The notes under the pieces were generated by a model. That model saw nothing but the letters and a program-made list of their open reading frames with translations. It searched no databases and was not told the DNA's origin. DNA of 64,000 nucleotides from Elusimicrobiota bacterium (GTDB lineage: Bacteria > Elusimicrobiota > Elusimicrobia > UBA1565), in assembly GCA_043827405.1 (NCBI GenBank), contig JBDRPD010000053.1, positions 64,001 to 128,000 on the forward strand, given 5' to 3'. Positions 47,285-60,663 of this stretch are shown here, piece by piece. Each line of letters begins with the position of its first letter. The first letter of the stretch is position 1. Position numbers and translations under genes: made by a program.

Positions 47285-47919
47285 TTTTTCACCAGCCTGA
47301 GCAGGTCGCCCAGCGTCTTCGGATGCTTCGCCGGCGGCAGCTTCGAGATCAGATAGCGGAACACCCCGTGCAGCAGGCGCACGTCATGCATCGCGCGGTG
47401 CGCGCCGTCGGAGGTCAGGCCGTGCCGCTGCTTGAACTCCGCGTCGATCTCGCAGTCCACGATATGACCGAGACCGTTGCGCTGAAAGCTGAACTGGCGC
47501 CGGGCCAGCTGCAGGGTGCACAGCTCGGGGATATCCGGCACGGTCAGGCCGGCATCCTGGAACTCCGCCGCCATGAACCGCTTGTCGAACTGCAGGTTAT
47601 GACAGACGATCACCGTCCCCCGGAGCCGCTCCCGCACTTCGGCCGCGATCTGCCGGAAGGTCGGCTTGCCGGCGACCATCTCATCGCTGATGCCGTGAAT
47701 GCGCTGCGCCCCGGGATCCATGGGAGTCTCCGGATCGATCAGCGTCTGGTATTCGTCGATCGTCTCGCCGTTGCGGACAAAGAGAATCGCCAGCTCGCAC
47801 AGCCGCGCGCCCCAGGACGGGGAAAGCCCCGTCGTTTCGGTATCCAGAAACGCGAAGGTAACGTCCTCCAGCGGCGTCTTCAGCCCGCTGCCCTTGGCGC
47901 TGGTGCGTGTTCGCGGCAT
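47281..47919 (-). CDS. DEDDh 3'-5' exonuclease (DnaQ-like)
   Basis: LDTETTG, HNLQFD, HRAMHD. Confidence 0.9.
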   Translation of the reverse strand: MPRTRTSAKGSGLKTPLEDVTFAFLDTETTGLSPSWGARLCELAILFVRNGETIDEYQTLIDPETPMDPGAQRIHGISDEMVAGKPTFRQIAAEVRERLRGTVIVCHNLQFDKRFMAAEFQDAGLTVPDIPELCTLQLARRQFSFQRNGLGHIVDCEIDAEFKQRHGLTSDGAHRAMHDVRLLHGVFRYLISKLPPAKHPKTLGDLLRLVKK

Positions 47920-47936
47920 GCCGATTCCGCCCGGCG

Positions 47937-49082
47937 TCAGCGCTGCACCGCGACGGCCACCGCCTCCCCGCCGCCCAGGCAGATGGCGGCGATTCCGCGC
48001 TTGGCGCCCCGCTTCTTCATCGCGTGCACCAGAGTGGCGACAATGCGGGCGCCGCTGGCGCCGATCGGATGACCGAGGGCCACCACTCCGCCGTTGACGT
48101 TGACCTTTTCCCGGGGGATACCGGCGAGCTTCATAACCGCCAGCGCCACCACCGAGAAGGCCTCATTAATCTCAAACAGGTCGACTTCCTCTACCTTCCA
48201 CCCCGTCTTCTCGAGCAGCTTCTTGATCGCTCCGGCCGGCGCCGTGGTAAACATCTCCGGCTCCTGGCTGAAAGTTGACCAGCCGACCAGCTTGGCCAGC
48301 GGCTCCCTGCCGTCCGCCTTCTCGCTGGAAGCCAGCACCAGCGCGCAGGCGCCGTCGTTGAGCTTGGAGGCGTTGGCGGCGGTCACGGTACCGTCCTTCT
48401 TGAAGGCGGGGCGAAGCTTGGGAATCTTGGCGAGCCTGGCCTTGCCCGGTTCCTCGTCGACCTCGAACTCATCAACGGGGACGATCTCGTCCTTGAAGGC
48501 GCCGTCGGCCACCGCTTTCTGCGCCAGCTCGTAGCTCTCGACGGCGAATTTGTCCTGCTCCTCGCGGCTGATCTGCTCCTGCTCCGAGCAGGTCTCGCCG
48601 CACATCCCCATATGCTGGTCCTTGTACGGGTCCCACAAGCCGTCATGGATCACCGAATCAATCAGCTTGCCGTGGCCGAGCCGGTAGCCGCCAGAACGGG
48701 CCTTGTCGAGCAGATAGGGCGTCCTGCTCATCGACTCCATGCCGCCGGCGACGACGATATCGGACTCGCCGAGGAGAATGGACTGGCCGGCCATCATGAT
48801 CGCCTTCATGCCCGAGCCGCAGACCTTGTTGACCGTGGTCGCGCCGACGGAAACGGGGATGCCGGCCCCGATCATGGCTTGGCGCGCCGGAGCCTGCCCG
48901 ATGCCGGCGCCGACCACGTTGCCCATGATCACTTCCGAGACGTCCTCGGGCTTCACGCCGGCGGCTTCAACGGCGGCCTTAATGGCCTTGGCGCCGAGCT
49001 GCGGCGCGGTATAGTTGGCCAGCGCGCCGTTGAACGAGCCGATAGCGGTGCGCTTGGCGCTCAAAATCAGAATTTCCTTCAT
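47937..49082 (-). CDS. atoB: Acetyl-CoA C-acetyltransferase (thiolase)
   Basis: VCGSG, NEAF, GHPIGASG, CLGGG. Confidence 0.93.
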   Translation of the reverse strand: MKEILILSAKRTAIGSFNGALANYTAPQLGAKAIKAAVEAAGVKPEDVSEVIMGNVVGAGIGQAPARQAMIGAGIPVSVGATTVNKVCGSGMKAIMMAGQSILLGESDIVVAGGMESMSRTPYLLDKARSGGYRLGHGKLIDSVIHDGLWDPYKDQHMGMCGETCSEQEQISREEQDKFAVESYELAQKAVADGAFKDEIVPVDEFEVDEEPGKARLAKIPKLRPAFKKDGTVTAANASKLNDGACALVLASSEKADGREPLAKLVGWSTFSQEPEMFTTAPAGAIKKLLEKTGWKVEEVDLFEINEAFSVVALAVMKLAGIPREKVNVNGGVVALGHPIGASGARIVATLVHAMKKRGAKRGIAAICLGGGEAVAVAVQR

Positions 49083-49191
49083 AATCGCCTCCGAGGAATA
49101 ATTACTGCGGATAGTGATTTTGAGTATAGCAAAGGGCTTATTGCGCGAGAAAGCGCATATCCCTATCTGTCTGCGCCGCGGCTGGGCCGGC

Positions 49192-51405
49192 CTACTTCGA
49201 CGTCAGGTTAAAGACCCCGTCCCAGATAGCGGGCGGCGGAATCACCAAATAGTCCTTGCAGGCGTTGTGATAGAGCTTGGTCGGCTTGTCATCGGGCAGC
49301 AGCTTAAGCACTTTTTCGAAGTCCGTTTTCGCGTCCTCGAAGCTGCGCTTGAGGTACTTCTCGATGGCGCCGTGATAGAGCGGCAGGGCCTCCGTCCACT
49401 CCTTGGAGAGCTCGCCCTTCTTGGCCAGCAGCTCGTAGACCATAATGGGGATATCCTTGCCGACGACGCGCACCGAGCCGAGCCGCCGGGCCTCGACCGC
49501 CTCCTTGGCTCCCTCATAAGTATCTTCGCTGCACATAACCACCGAGCCGAAAAACTTGTTGGCGCCCTCGAGACGGCTGGAAAGGTTCACCTCGTCGCCC
49601 AGCACCGTATAGGCCAGCTTGCGCGCCGAGCCGGTATTGCCGACGACGACCTCGCCGGAATTCAGGCCGATGCGCACGGCGGGCTTTTCCGGCATGGTGG
49701 GATCGACATACTCATCATTGAGCCGCTGGATGGTCTTGATGCAGCCGAGCGCCGCCAAGCAAGCCTGCTCACGGTGTTTGTGAACCTTGAGCGGGGCGTT
49801 CCAGAAAGCCATGATGCAGTCGCCGATATACTTATCAACCACGCCTTTGCTTTCCAGGATGTCGTCGGTCAGCGCCGTCAGGTAGCGGTTGAGGAAGTTG
49901 ATGAGGGCTTCCGGCGTCATCTTCTCCGAGATCGACGTGAAGTGCGCGATATCGAGAAAGAAGATCGTCATATCCCGCTTCTCGCCGCCGAGGCGCAGCT
50001 TGCTGCGGTCTTTAACGAGAATGTCGACGATCTCCGGCGCCACGTACTGACCGAACATGGCGCGCACCTCCTTCTTCTGCTGCTGTTCGAGCATGGTCTT
50101 GTGGACCATCAGCACGCCGAAGGTCACGCCGAGCGACAGCATCGGCGCCCAGAACTCCAGCACGTAGAGGTTGACGAAGGCGAAATAGGTCGCCAGCACC
50201 CAGCCGACGAGCAAACCCACGAACGCCAGGCCCGCCGTCAGCGCCGGCAAGGACACCAGCCAGTAGGCCGCGCAGGCCAAGGCAAAGATCATAATATAGC
50301 TGACCGCGCGCGGCGCTTCCCGCAGATAGCGGTTGTTGAGCAGATTATCCACCAGCGTGGCATGGGACTCGACTCCGGGCGTACTGCCGCTGAAGGCGGT
50401 GGGAAAGTGGTCGTAGGCGCCCTGCGCCGTGGCGCCGACCAAAACCAGCCCGCCGTCGAGCTGCTTCTTGATCAGCTCGCGCTCGGCCGACATCAGCTTA
50501 TCCAGCTCAAGAATCTTCCAGGCCGGAATGCGCTTGATGCCGTAGCGGGCCGGTCGCGCGACGGGCTGGAGCTTATTATTGTCGTCGATCTCAAAATCCT
50601 GAAACCCCGGGATCTCGCCGCGCAGGTTCAAACGAATCTGGTTGCGGCCATGCTCCTTGACGTAGCTGTCGGGCTCGCGCTCCTCGAAGGCGGCGAGAAC
50701 TTTGAGGCCGAAGCTGGTCACCCGTTCTTTATCCGTAGTCCAGGTATCCCGCATCGGAACCTGGGCGTTGACGCCCACCAGAAACGGGATCTCACGCACC
50801 GTCCCATCGTTGTCGGACAGCGGCTGCTGGACCAAGCCGTAGTTCTTGTAGACTCCCTCGAGCTCGTCAAAGAACGGCAAATCGAAATCCCAGACCTGGT
50901 TAAACTGATATAACTCGCCGCGCGTGTCCAGCGCGATCGCGTGCACGAGCTTTTTACCGGCCTTATTGGTCCAGCGTATCAGCGCCCGGTCCTTGGGCCC
51001 CGGGATCAGCTTCCCGCTCTTGTCCCGCTTGCTGTCGTTGGGATCGAGAAACAGTATATCGAGGCCGACCGCCTTGGTCCCGGAGGCGTAGAGATTGTCG
51101 AGCAGCTTGCCGTAGACGTCGCGCGGCCAGGGATAAGCGCCCACTTTCTCCAGCGAGGTATCGTCGATCGAGACCACCGTTATCCGGGGATCCCCTTCCT
51201 CCATGCCGCGCCTGCGAAACAGGGTATCCACCCAGGCATCATCGTGGGAGCTGAACACAAAAAAGAAATTCAGGGCGGCCAGCAGCAGCGCGAAGCCGGC
51301 GGTGAATCGTTTATGAAAGGCGTACTTCGCCGACTTCCCCTCACCGTCGCCGGCGTCGGCGGCTCCCATTGCTTTGGCTTTTTCACTAGCGGTTTTTGTG
51401 GCCAT
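49192..51405 (-). CDS. CHASE2-domain class III adenylate/guanylate cyclase
   Basis: YPWPR, GVESHAT (CHASE2), three TM helices, LDIAHFT, DKYIGD, GDEVNLSSRLEG; Lys in DKYIGD suggests adenylate specificity. Confidence 0.92.
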   Translation of the reverse strand: MATKTASEKAKAMGAADAGDGEGKSAKYAFHKRFTAGFALLLAALNFFFVFSSHDDAWVDTLFRRRGMEEGDPRITVVSIDDTSLEKVGAYPWPRDVYGKLLDNLYASGTKAVGLDILFLDPNDSKRDKSGKLIPGPKDRALIRWTNKAGKKLVHAIALDTRGELYQFNQVWDFDLPFFDELEGVYKNYGLVQQPLSDNDGTVREIPFLVGVNAQVPMRDTWTTDKERVTSFGLKVLAAFEEREPDSYVKEHGRNQIRLNLRGEIPGFQDFEIDDNNKLQPVARPARYGIKRIPAWKILELDKLMSAERELIKKQLDGGLVLVGATAQGAYDHFPTAFSGSTPGVESHATLVDNLLNNRYLREAPRAVSYIMIFALACAAYWLVSLPALTAGLAFVGLLVGWVLATYFAFVNLYVLEFWAPMLSLGVTFGVLMVHKTMLEQQQKKEVRAMFGQYVAPEIVDILVKDRSKLRLGGEKRDMTIFFLDIAHFTSISEKMTPEALINFLNRYLTALTDDILESKGVVDKYIGDCIMAFWNAPLKVHKHREQACLAALGCIKTIQRLNDEYVDPTMPEKPAVRIGLNSGEVVVGNTGSARKLAYTVLGDEVNLSSRLEGANKFFGSVVMCSEDTYEGAKEAVEARRLGSVRVVGKDIPIMVYELLAKKGELSKEWTEALPLYHGAIEKYLKRSFEDAKTDFEKVLKLLPDDKPTKLYHNACKDYLVIPPPAIWDGVFNLTSK

Positions 51406-51495
51406 CTAGATCACCTCGTATGCGCGATAGGCTAGCAGGCTATGAGTGAGTTGGCAATACCACCACCCGGCGCCCCACCCGGTACCCCACTACTC

Positions 51496-51571
51496 GGTAC
51501 CGGTTATTAACATTAACTTTCGTAAGCAGTATTTAGCACCAATGCGAAAGTTAATGTTAATAACCGGTACC
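51496..51571. repeat. Perfect 27-bp AT-rich inverted repeat with 22-nt spacer
   Basis: GGTACCGGTTATTAACATTAACTTTCG (51496-51522) and its exact reverse complement (51545-51571). Confidence 0.95.
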
Positions 51572-51573
51572 AA

Positions 51574-52305
51574 CTATAGTCCTAGGCCTCCAAAGAAACG
51601 GGTCCAGGACGGAAAAAACGACAGCGGCCAGGTCGCCAGACGGGAAAACCAGCCGGCCGCCAGCACCGCGCCAAGCAGGATCAGCAGAATACCCGCCCCG
51701 CGCTCAATGGCGGGCAGCTTCGGCTTGATGCGGTTGAGCAGCGGGATAGCCCGCTCCAGCGCCAGCGCGCAGAGAAACAGCGGCAGCGCCATGCCCAGCG
51801 AGTAGATGCTCAAAAGCAGCACCCCGGTCCCGACCGAACCGCTGCGCCCGGCCATCACCAGAATCGCGCTCAGCTGGGGCCCCACGCAGGGCGTCCAACC
51901 GGCGGCGAAAGCCGCGCCGACAAGCACATTGCCCAGCAGGCCCGCCGGCTTCCGGTCGAAGTGGAATCGCCCTTCCTTATGGAGAAAGCCCACTTTGAGC
52001 ACGCCCACCATCCACAAGCCGAACAGGACCAGCGCGATCCCGCCCAGCCGTTCGATCCAAACGCGGTAAGCGAACAGCACCCGGCCGAGATACGACGCCG
52101 AAGCGCCCATGGCGATGAACACCAGCGAGAAGCCGAGGATGAAGAAGCCGGCATTGATCAGCACCAGACGCCGGGGCGTCTTCGAGGTCAGCTCATCGAA
52201 GGTCGCACCGCTCAGCGTCGCCAGATACACCGGTATCAGGGGCAGGACGCAGGGCGACACGAAGCTGGCCAGCCCCGCGACGAAGGCCAATCCGACTTCC
52301 ACCAT
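51574..52305 (-). CDS. ccdA: Cytochrome c biogenesis protein CcdA
   Basis: SFVSPCVLPL and GWTPCVGP, six TM helices. Confidence 0.92.
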   Translation of the reverse strand: MVEVGLAFVAGLASFVSPCVLPLIPVYLATLSGATFDELTSKTPRRLVLINAGFFILGFSLVFIAMGASASYLGRVLFAYRVWIERLGGIALVLFGLWMVGVLKVGFLHKEGRFHFDRKPAGLLGNVLVGAAFAAGWTPCVGPQLSAILVMAGRSGSVGTGVLLLSIYSLGMALPLFLCALALERAIPLLNRIKPKLPAIERGAGILLILLGAVLAAGWFSRLATWPLSFFPSWTRFFGGLGL

Positions 52306-52308
52306 CCG

Positions 52309-53211
52309 CTAGACGGAAACGGCTGCGCCCTTCATCGTCCGGGCGACTACCTCTCCAATCTCGCTGAGATTCTCGACCACATGGATGCCGACCCGCCGCA
52401 GCGCCTCGACCTTGGCGGCATAAGTGCCCGATCCGCCCTCGATGATGGCCCCCGCATGTCCCATCCGGCGCCCGGGAGGCGCGGTAGAACCGGCGATAAA
52501 GGCGTAGACCGGCTTGGACATATGCTGCTTGTAGTATTCGGCGGCGTCCTCTTCCGCGGTGCCGCCGATCTCGCCGATAAGGACGCAGAGCTTGGTCGCG
52601 TCGTCTTCCTCGAACATCTTCAGCGCGTCGGTATGGCTGGTGCCGGCGATCGGATCACCGCCGATCCCGACCACGGTGGACTGCCCGATGCCCTGGGTAG
52701 TCAGCTGCCATACCGCCTCATAGGTCAAGGTCCCCGAGCGCGACACCAGGCCGACCGGGCCCGGCTTGTGGATATAGCCCGGCATGATGCCGGCCTTGCA
52801 CTCGCCCGGCGTGATCACGCCCGGGCAGTTGGGTCCCACCAACCGGACCTTCTCGCCCGCCGCGCGGCGGCGGTCCAGATCGGCCTTCACCCGCGCCATA
52901 TCCATCACCGGTATGCCCTCGGTAATGCAGATAATCACCTCAATGCCGGCGTCGGCTGCTTCGAGGATCGCGTCGCCGGCGAACGGCGGCGGAACGAAGA
53001 TCAGCGTGGCGTTGGCGCCGGTGGAGCGCACCGCGTCCTCGACCGTATTGAAGACGGGGCGGTCGAGGTGGGTCAGGCCGCCCTTGGTGGGCGTGACGCC
53101 GCCCACGATCTGGGTGCCGTATTCGATGCACTGCTTGGCGTGGAACGTGCCTGTTCCGCCGGTGAAGCCTTGGACGATGATCTTGGAATCTTTATTCAGC
53201 AGAATGCTCAT
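52309..53211 (-). CDS. sucD: Succinyl-CoA synthetase alpha subunit
   Basis: [29 protein letters not shown] at 53211. Confidence 0.96.
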   Translation of the reverse strand: MSILLNKDSKIIVQGFTGGTGTFHAKQCIEYGTQIVGGVTPTKGGLTHLDRPVFNTVEDAVRSTGANATLIFVPPPFAGDAILEAADAGIEVIICITEGIPVMDMARVKADLDRRRAAGEKVRLVGPNCPGVITPGECKAGIMPGYIHKPGPVGLVSRSGTLTYEAVWQLTTQGIGQSTVVGIGGDPIAGTSHTDALKMFEEDDATKLCVLIGEIGGTAEEDAAEYYKQHMSKPVYAFIAGSTAPPGRRMGHAGAIIEGGSGTYAAKVEALRRVGIHVVENLSEIGEVVARTMKGAAVSV

Positions 53212-54377
53212 TTCCCCCCCCCTACGGCCGCGACCGCTTTCTGCGCCGCGCTCCAAAGACTGTCGGCCAGCGTCATGGAGATTCCGGAATCCGCCATGAG
53301 GGCCTTGCCCTTTTCCACATTCGTCCCCTCGAGGCGGACGACCAGCGGCACCTTGAGCTTCACTTTCTTGGCCGCGGCGATCACGCCCTCGGCGATCACG
53401 TCGCAGCGCATGATGCCGCCGAAGATGTTGACCAGGATCGCCTTGACCTTCTTGTCCTTGAGTATGATCTGGAAGGCCTTGGTGACCTGCTCGGCGGTGG
53501 CGCCGCCGCCCACGTCCAGGAAGTTCGCGGGCTGGCCGCCGGCGAGCGCGATGGTGTCCATGGTCCCCATCGCCAAACCGGCGCCGTTGACCATGCAGCC
53601 GATATTGCCGTCGAGCCCGATATAGGACAGCCCGGTTTTCTTGGCTTCCCGCTCTAGCGCCGTCGCCTCGGTATCCTTGCGTTTGGCGAGGTCCTTTTGC
53701 CGGAACAGCGCGTTGTCGTCGGTTACGACCTTGCCGTCGAGCGCCACCAGCTCGCCCTTGGCGGTGATCACCAGCGGGTTGACTTCGACCAGCGAGGCAT
53801 CAAGCTTGATAAACACCTGCACCAGCCGCGTCGCCATTTGCGCGAAGGCGCCGAGCAGCTTCGGCGGGATGTCGAGCGCGAAGGCCAGACGCCGGGCCTG
53901 GTAGCCCTGCAGCCCGGCGACCGGATCGACGGGCTCCTTGAGGATCGCCTGCGGCTTGGTCTTGGCCAGCGTCTCAATCTCCACTCCGCCCTCGGCCGAG
54001 GCGACGATAACCGGGCGGCCGGCCCGCCGGTCCATGGTGATCGAGAAGTATATCTCGCGCGCGATCTTGGAGGCCTGGTCGACGAGGACCTCCTTGACCT
54101 TCAGCCCCTTGCCCTGGGTCTGATGCGTCACCAGCATCATGCCGACCATATTCTTAGCCGCCTCGCGCGCCTCTTTCGGGGTCTTGACCAGCTTGACGCC
54201 GCCGCCCTTGCCGCGGCCGCCGGCCAGCACTTGCGCCTTCAGCACCCAGGGGCCTTTGCCGGCGCGCTTAAGCGCCGCCGGCAGCTGGCGGGCGTCGGTT
54301 ATGACTCCTCCGGTCGCGGGGACCGCGATGCCGAAGGACCGGAAAACATCTTTGGCTTCATATTCAAGTAGTTTCAT
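53208..54377 (-). CDS. sucC: Succinyl-CoA synthetase beta subunit
   Basis: [41 protein letters not shown]. Confidence 0.96.
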   Translation of the reverse strand: MKLLEYEAKDVFRSFGIAVPATGGVITDARQLPAALKRAGKGPWVLKAQVLAGGRGKGGGVKLVKTPKEAREAAKNMVGMMLVTHQTQGKGLKVKEVLVDQASKIAREIYFSITMDRRAGRPVIVASAEGGVEIETLAKTKPQAILKEPVDPVAGLQGYQARRLAFALDIPPKLLGAFAQMATRLVQVFIKLDASLVEVNPLVITAKGELVALDGKVVTDDNALFRQKDLAKRKDTEATALEREAKKTGLSYIGLDGNIGCMVNGAGLAMGTMDTIALAGGQPANFLDVGGGATAEQVTKAFQIILKDKKVKAILVNIFGGIMRCDVIAEGVIAAAKKVKLKVPLVVRLEGTNVEKGKALMADSGISMTLADSLWSAAQKAVAAVGGGK

Positions 54378-54458
54378 CGGGGATGGGCTCCAAGCGGAAA
54401 TTTAGTCCGATTTGACTCCGCATAATTTGAGCAAATGGTAACATATTGAAAAAGCGGC

Positions 54459-57300
<2,842 letters not shown>

Positions 57301-57304
<4 letters not shown>

Positions 57305-57340
57305 CTTTCTCTGACATTTCCTGACACCCCCTGACATGTA
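57301..57340 (+). repeat. Four CTGAC direct repeats at exact 10-bp spacing
   Basis: ctgactttct / ctgacatttc / ctgacacccc / ctgacatgta starting at 57301, 57311, 57321 and 57331. Confidence 0.8.
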
Positions 57341-57405
57341 CGGTATTGCCCCCCCGCATCCGGCGCCGCATAATATCGTACGGACGATTCCTCCCCCCTT
57401 TGACC

Positions 57406-57834
57406 ATGAACGCCGACTACGACATGTTCCGGGCCTCGCGCCCCAAGAAAGTGCTGATCGTCGACGACGATAAGGATCTCCTCGAGGTGTATCAGGACGC
57501 GCTGCGCCGGCTGGATTTCGCCGTGGAGATATGCGCCGACGGCTACGCGGCGCTGCGGCGCATGGAGGAAACGCTGTTCGACGTCGTAGTGCTGGATTTG
57601 ATGATGCCCAACTGCACGGGCTTCGAAGTCCTGCTGCAGCTGCAGCGCAAGGAGGGGCCCAAGCCGGCGGTGATCGTCATCACCGGCGCGCACAAAGACC
57701 CGGATACCGTCGAACGCATTCGCCGGGAGCCCGTAGTTTTTGACTTCCTCTTCAAGCCCTGCCGGCTGATGGTATTGGCGGATACGATACGCCGGGCCGT
57801 TCCGGCCCAGCTGCCGGGCTGTCCTACTTCTTAG
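57406..57834 (+). CDS. Single-domain response regulator (receiver)
   Basis: VLIVDDD, LDLMMP, ITG, FKP. Confidence 0.88.
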   Translation: MNADYDMFRASRPKKVLIVDDDKDLLEVYQDALRRLDFAVEICADGYAALRRMEETLFDVVVLDLMMPNCTGFEVLLQLQRKEGPKPAVIVITGAHKDPDTVERIRREPVVFDFLFKPCRLMVLADTIRRAVPAQLPGCPTS

Positions 57835-58516
57835 CCTTGTTCTTGGTCTTCTTGGCGGGCTTGCCCAGCGAACGCAGATAGGCGACCAGGTCAGCGATCT
57901 CCGACTCCTTCAGGTTGCTGGCGTATTTCGGCATCCGCTTGCCTTTGCCCTGGGTGGTGAAGCCGATCAGGGCTTTATCGCTCTGCGTGAGCGTCCCCTC
58001 GTCGGTCAGGTCAAGCGCCGGAAGCTCCAGCTTGAAAGCCTTGGCGATTCCCGCCTTACCCTTGGCGTCCTCACCGTGGCAGCCGCCGCATTTCTTGGCG
58101 AACAGGGCCGCCGTCTCGGGGGCGACGGGCTTCTCCTCAGAGCCCTTGGTTTTCGCCGTCTTTCCCTCGCCCTTGCCCAACGAGCGCATGTAGGCCACCA
58201 CGCCGGCCACATCGGAGGCTGAGAGCTTCCCTTGGTAGGACGGCATTTTGCCCTTGCCGCCGGTGATGAGAGCGATAAGCTGCTGGTCGCTCTGTTGGCG
58301 CGTCGTTTTATCCGTGAGATCGAGCGCGGCGGCCTTGAGCTTGAACATCTTCGCCATCTTGACGTTGCCCTTGGCATCCTGGCCGTGGCAGGACGCGCAT
58401 TGTTTCGCGAAGACACCCCGGCCGGCCGGGCCCTCGGCGCGCACCGGACAGGTCAGGATAGCCGCCATCAGCCCAAAAGCAACCGCCACGACAATCAGTT
58501 CATCCCCGGCATCCAT
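57824..58516 (-). CDS. Di-heme class I cytochrome c (two tandem domains)
   Basis: Signal peptide; CASCH…GKMP and CGGCH…KRMP; GGAGG upstream of ATG 58516. Confidence 0.88.
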   Translation of the reverse strand: MDAGDELIVVAVAFGLMAAILTCPVRAEGPAGRGVFAKQCASCHGQDAKGNVKMAKMFKLKAAALDLTDKTTRQQSDQQLIALITGGKGKMPSYQGKLSASDVAGVVAYMRSLGKGEGKTAKTKGSEEKPVAPETAALFAKKCGGCHGEDAKGKAGIAKAFKLELPALDLTDEGTLTQSDKALIGFTTQGKGKRMPKYASNLKESEIADLVAYLRSLGKPAKKTKNKAKK

Positions 58517-58581
58517 GTCCAATACCTCCGCAGCCAAATCCATCCATAAAGTACAACATCCTTATCGGCTTATCTGAAAAA

Positions 58582-59040
58582 TTATTTCCCGCAGCGGCAG
58601 CGCCCTTCCACCGCTTTATAATAGTCGCTGGAAATCACCATGCACTGACCGGCGATATTGATCAGCAGCGCATTAAACTTCTCCTGCCGCGCGAACTCAA
58701 TGAGCTGAACGGGCGAGAGCTCGAGCCAGTCGACCACGGTATCGTGCGCCTTGAGCGCCCCGATATCGGAGAATACCAGCAGCGCGGTCTCACCGGTCCC
58801 GTTGTCGGCCAGCAGAAAATCCAGCTGCTGATCGGATTCGACGACTCGGCGGGCGGCGCGCAGTTCCTCCGGCAGCGCCCGGACGCCGACCAGCGGCCGG
58901 CTCTTGGCCAGCGCCGCGCATACCGCGCCGAAGGCCGCGGCGGACTTCAGCAGATCGCCCTTAAGCGCCAAAAACTTATCCATCGCCTTATCCAGCTCGG
59001 GATTAACCGGAAGCTCGACGCCGTTCTTGTTGTTGGCCAT
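58582..59040 (-). CDS. Hypothetical protein, SseB-like
   Basis: NPEL N-terminus, 'LLVFSDIGAL' and 'LLINIAG' resemble the SseB N-terminal domain; GAGGGG RBS. Confidence 0.45.
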   Translation of the reverse strand: MANNKNGVELPVNPELDKAMDKFLALKGDLLKSAAAFGAVCAALAKSRPLVGVRALPEELRAARRVVESDQQLDFLLADNGTGETALLVFSDIGALKAHDTVVDWLELSPVQLIEFARQEKFNALLINIAGQCMVISSDYYKAVEGRCRCGK

Positions 59041-59313
59041 GCTCTTCCCCCTCTAAATCCTATACGCTGGCGCAGGCCGGCGGATATGGGACCTGCTGAT
59101 ATTATAGCGCCTCACATACGCCATATGCCGCCGGGACTTCCTTCGCGCGCTAAAAAAATCTAAAATACAGCCGCTAGGAAAGTCCTGCGGCGCATGCAGG
59201 ACCCCTGGGCCAGCTTTAGCCGGTTCCGACAGACCCCATCGGCGCTCTTGCCGAACTTCCGGGGTCCCGGTGGTAGGCGCCCTCACTACATCATCTGTAC
59301 AGAGGAGGATATT

Positions 59314-60642
59314 ATGGCTGAGGCCAAGAAGATTATCATCATTGGAGCCGCGGGACGGGATTTCCACAATTTCAACGTCCATTTCCGCAACAACCCCGAA
59401 TACGAGGTGGTGGCGTTTACCGCCTTCCAGATCCCCGGCATTGCGGGACGAACTTATCCCCCGGAGCTTTCCGGAGAGCGCTACCCCGAGGGTATCCCGA
59501 TTCACGACGAGAGCGAGCTCGCCGACCTCATCCGGAAACATAAGGTCGAGGCCTGCATATTCTCCTACAGCGACGTCTCGCACAACGACGTCATGCACCG
59601 CGCCTCGCTGGTGACCTCCACCGGCGCCGACTTCGTCATCCTCGACGCGAGCAAGACCATGATCAAGTCCAACAAGCCCGTCATTTCCGTCTGCGCCGTA
59701 CGCACGGGCTGCGGCAAGAGCCAGACCTCGCGCGCGGTCGCCCAGCTGCTGCGCGCCAAAGGCAAGAAGGTCGTCCTGGTGCGCCATCCCATGCCGTACG
59801 GCGACCTGAGCGCCCAGCGCTGCCAGCGCTTCGCTTCGGTCGAGGACATGGACAAGGCCGATTGCACCTTCGAGGAGCGCGAGGAGTACGAGGCGCATAC
59901 CCAGCTCGGCCTCGTGGTCTATGCGGGCGTGGATTATGAGGAGATTCTGCGCTCGGCGGAAAAAGAGGCGGACATCATCCTGTGGGACGGCGGCAACAAC
60001 GATACCCCCTTCTTCAAGCCCGACCTGAGCATCGTGCTGGTCGATCCGCACCGGGCGGGCCATGAGGTCCTCTACCATCCGGGAGAGACCAACCTGCGGA
60101 TGGCGGACGTCATCCTCGTCAACAAGGTCGGCACCGCGAAGGTAAAAGACATCGCGACGGTCGAAGCGAATGCCAGAAAAGCCAACCCCAACGCCCTGAT
60201 CATCCGCGCCGAGTCGACGGTCACCGCCAAGGACCCCGACGCCATCAAGGACAAGAGGGTTCTGGTGATCGAGGACGGACCGACGCTGACCCACGGCGAG
60301 ATGACCTTCGGCGCCGGACATGTGGCGGCGCGCAAGCACGGCGCGGCGGAGATCGTGGACCCGCGGCCGTACGCGGTCGGCTCGATCAAGAAGACCTTCG
60401 AGAAATACACCCACCTGACCGACATCCTGCCGGCCATGGGCTACGGCGACACGCAGACCAGAGAGCTGCAGGAGACGATCGACAATACTCCGTGCGACGT
60501 GGTTCTTGTCGGCACGCCCTTCGATATCGGCCGCATCATCAAGAGCGACCGGCCGATGATCCGCGTGACCTACGAAATGGACGCCACCGGCAGAAATGCG
60601 CTCGGCGGCATTATCGACGAGTTCCTGACCAAGCACAGCTAA
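59314..60642 (+). CDS. arcE: COG2403 P-loop enzyme (cDPG-synthetase-like), probable arginine synthetase ArcE
   Basis: GAAGRDFHNFN, RTGCGKSQ, RHPMPYG, EEREEYE, WDGGNND, EDGPTLTHG, PAMGY; GAGGAGG RBS; directly upstream of carbamate kinase. Confidence 0.72.
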   Translation: MAEAKKIIIIGAAGRDFHNFNVHFRNNPEYEVVAFTAFQIPGIAGRTYPPELSGERYPEGIPIHDESELADLIRKHKVEACIFSYSDVSHNDVMHRASLVTSTGADFVILDASKTMIKSNKPVISVCAVRTGCGKSQTSRAVAQLLRAKGKKVVLVRHPMPYGDLSAQRCQRFASVEDMDKADCTFEEREEYEAHTQLGLVVYAGVDYEEILRSAEKEADIILWDGGNNDTPFFKPDLSIVLVDPHRAGHEVLYHPGETNLRMADVILVNKVGTAKVKDIATVEANARKANPNALIIRAESTVTAKDPDAIKDKRVLVIEDGPTLTHGEMTFGAGHVAARKHGAAEIVDPRPYAVGSIKKTFEKYTHLTDILPAMGYGDTQTRELQETIDNTPCDVVLVGTPFDIGRIIKSDRPMIRVTYEMDATGRNALGGIIDEFLTKHS

Positions 60643-60663
60643 GGCGTCGTCGCGAGGCGGCAT

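Noticed and set aside
59314..60642. Cyclic 2,3-diphosphoglycerate synthetase or generic GTPase
   Set aside because: No 2-phosphoglycerate kinase nearby; the arcC/OTC/rocD context fits arginine synthetase better.
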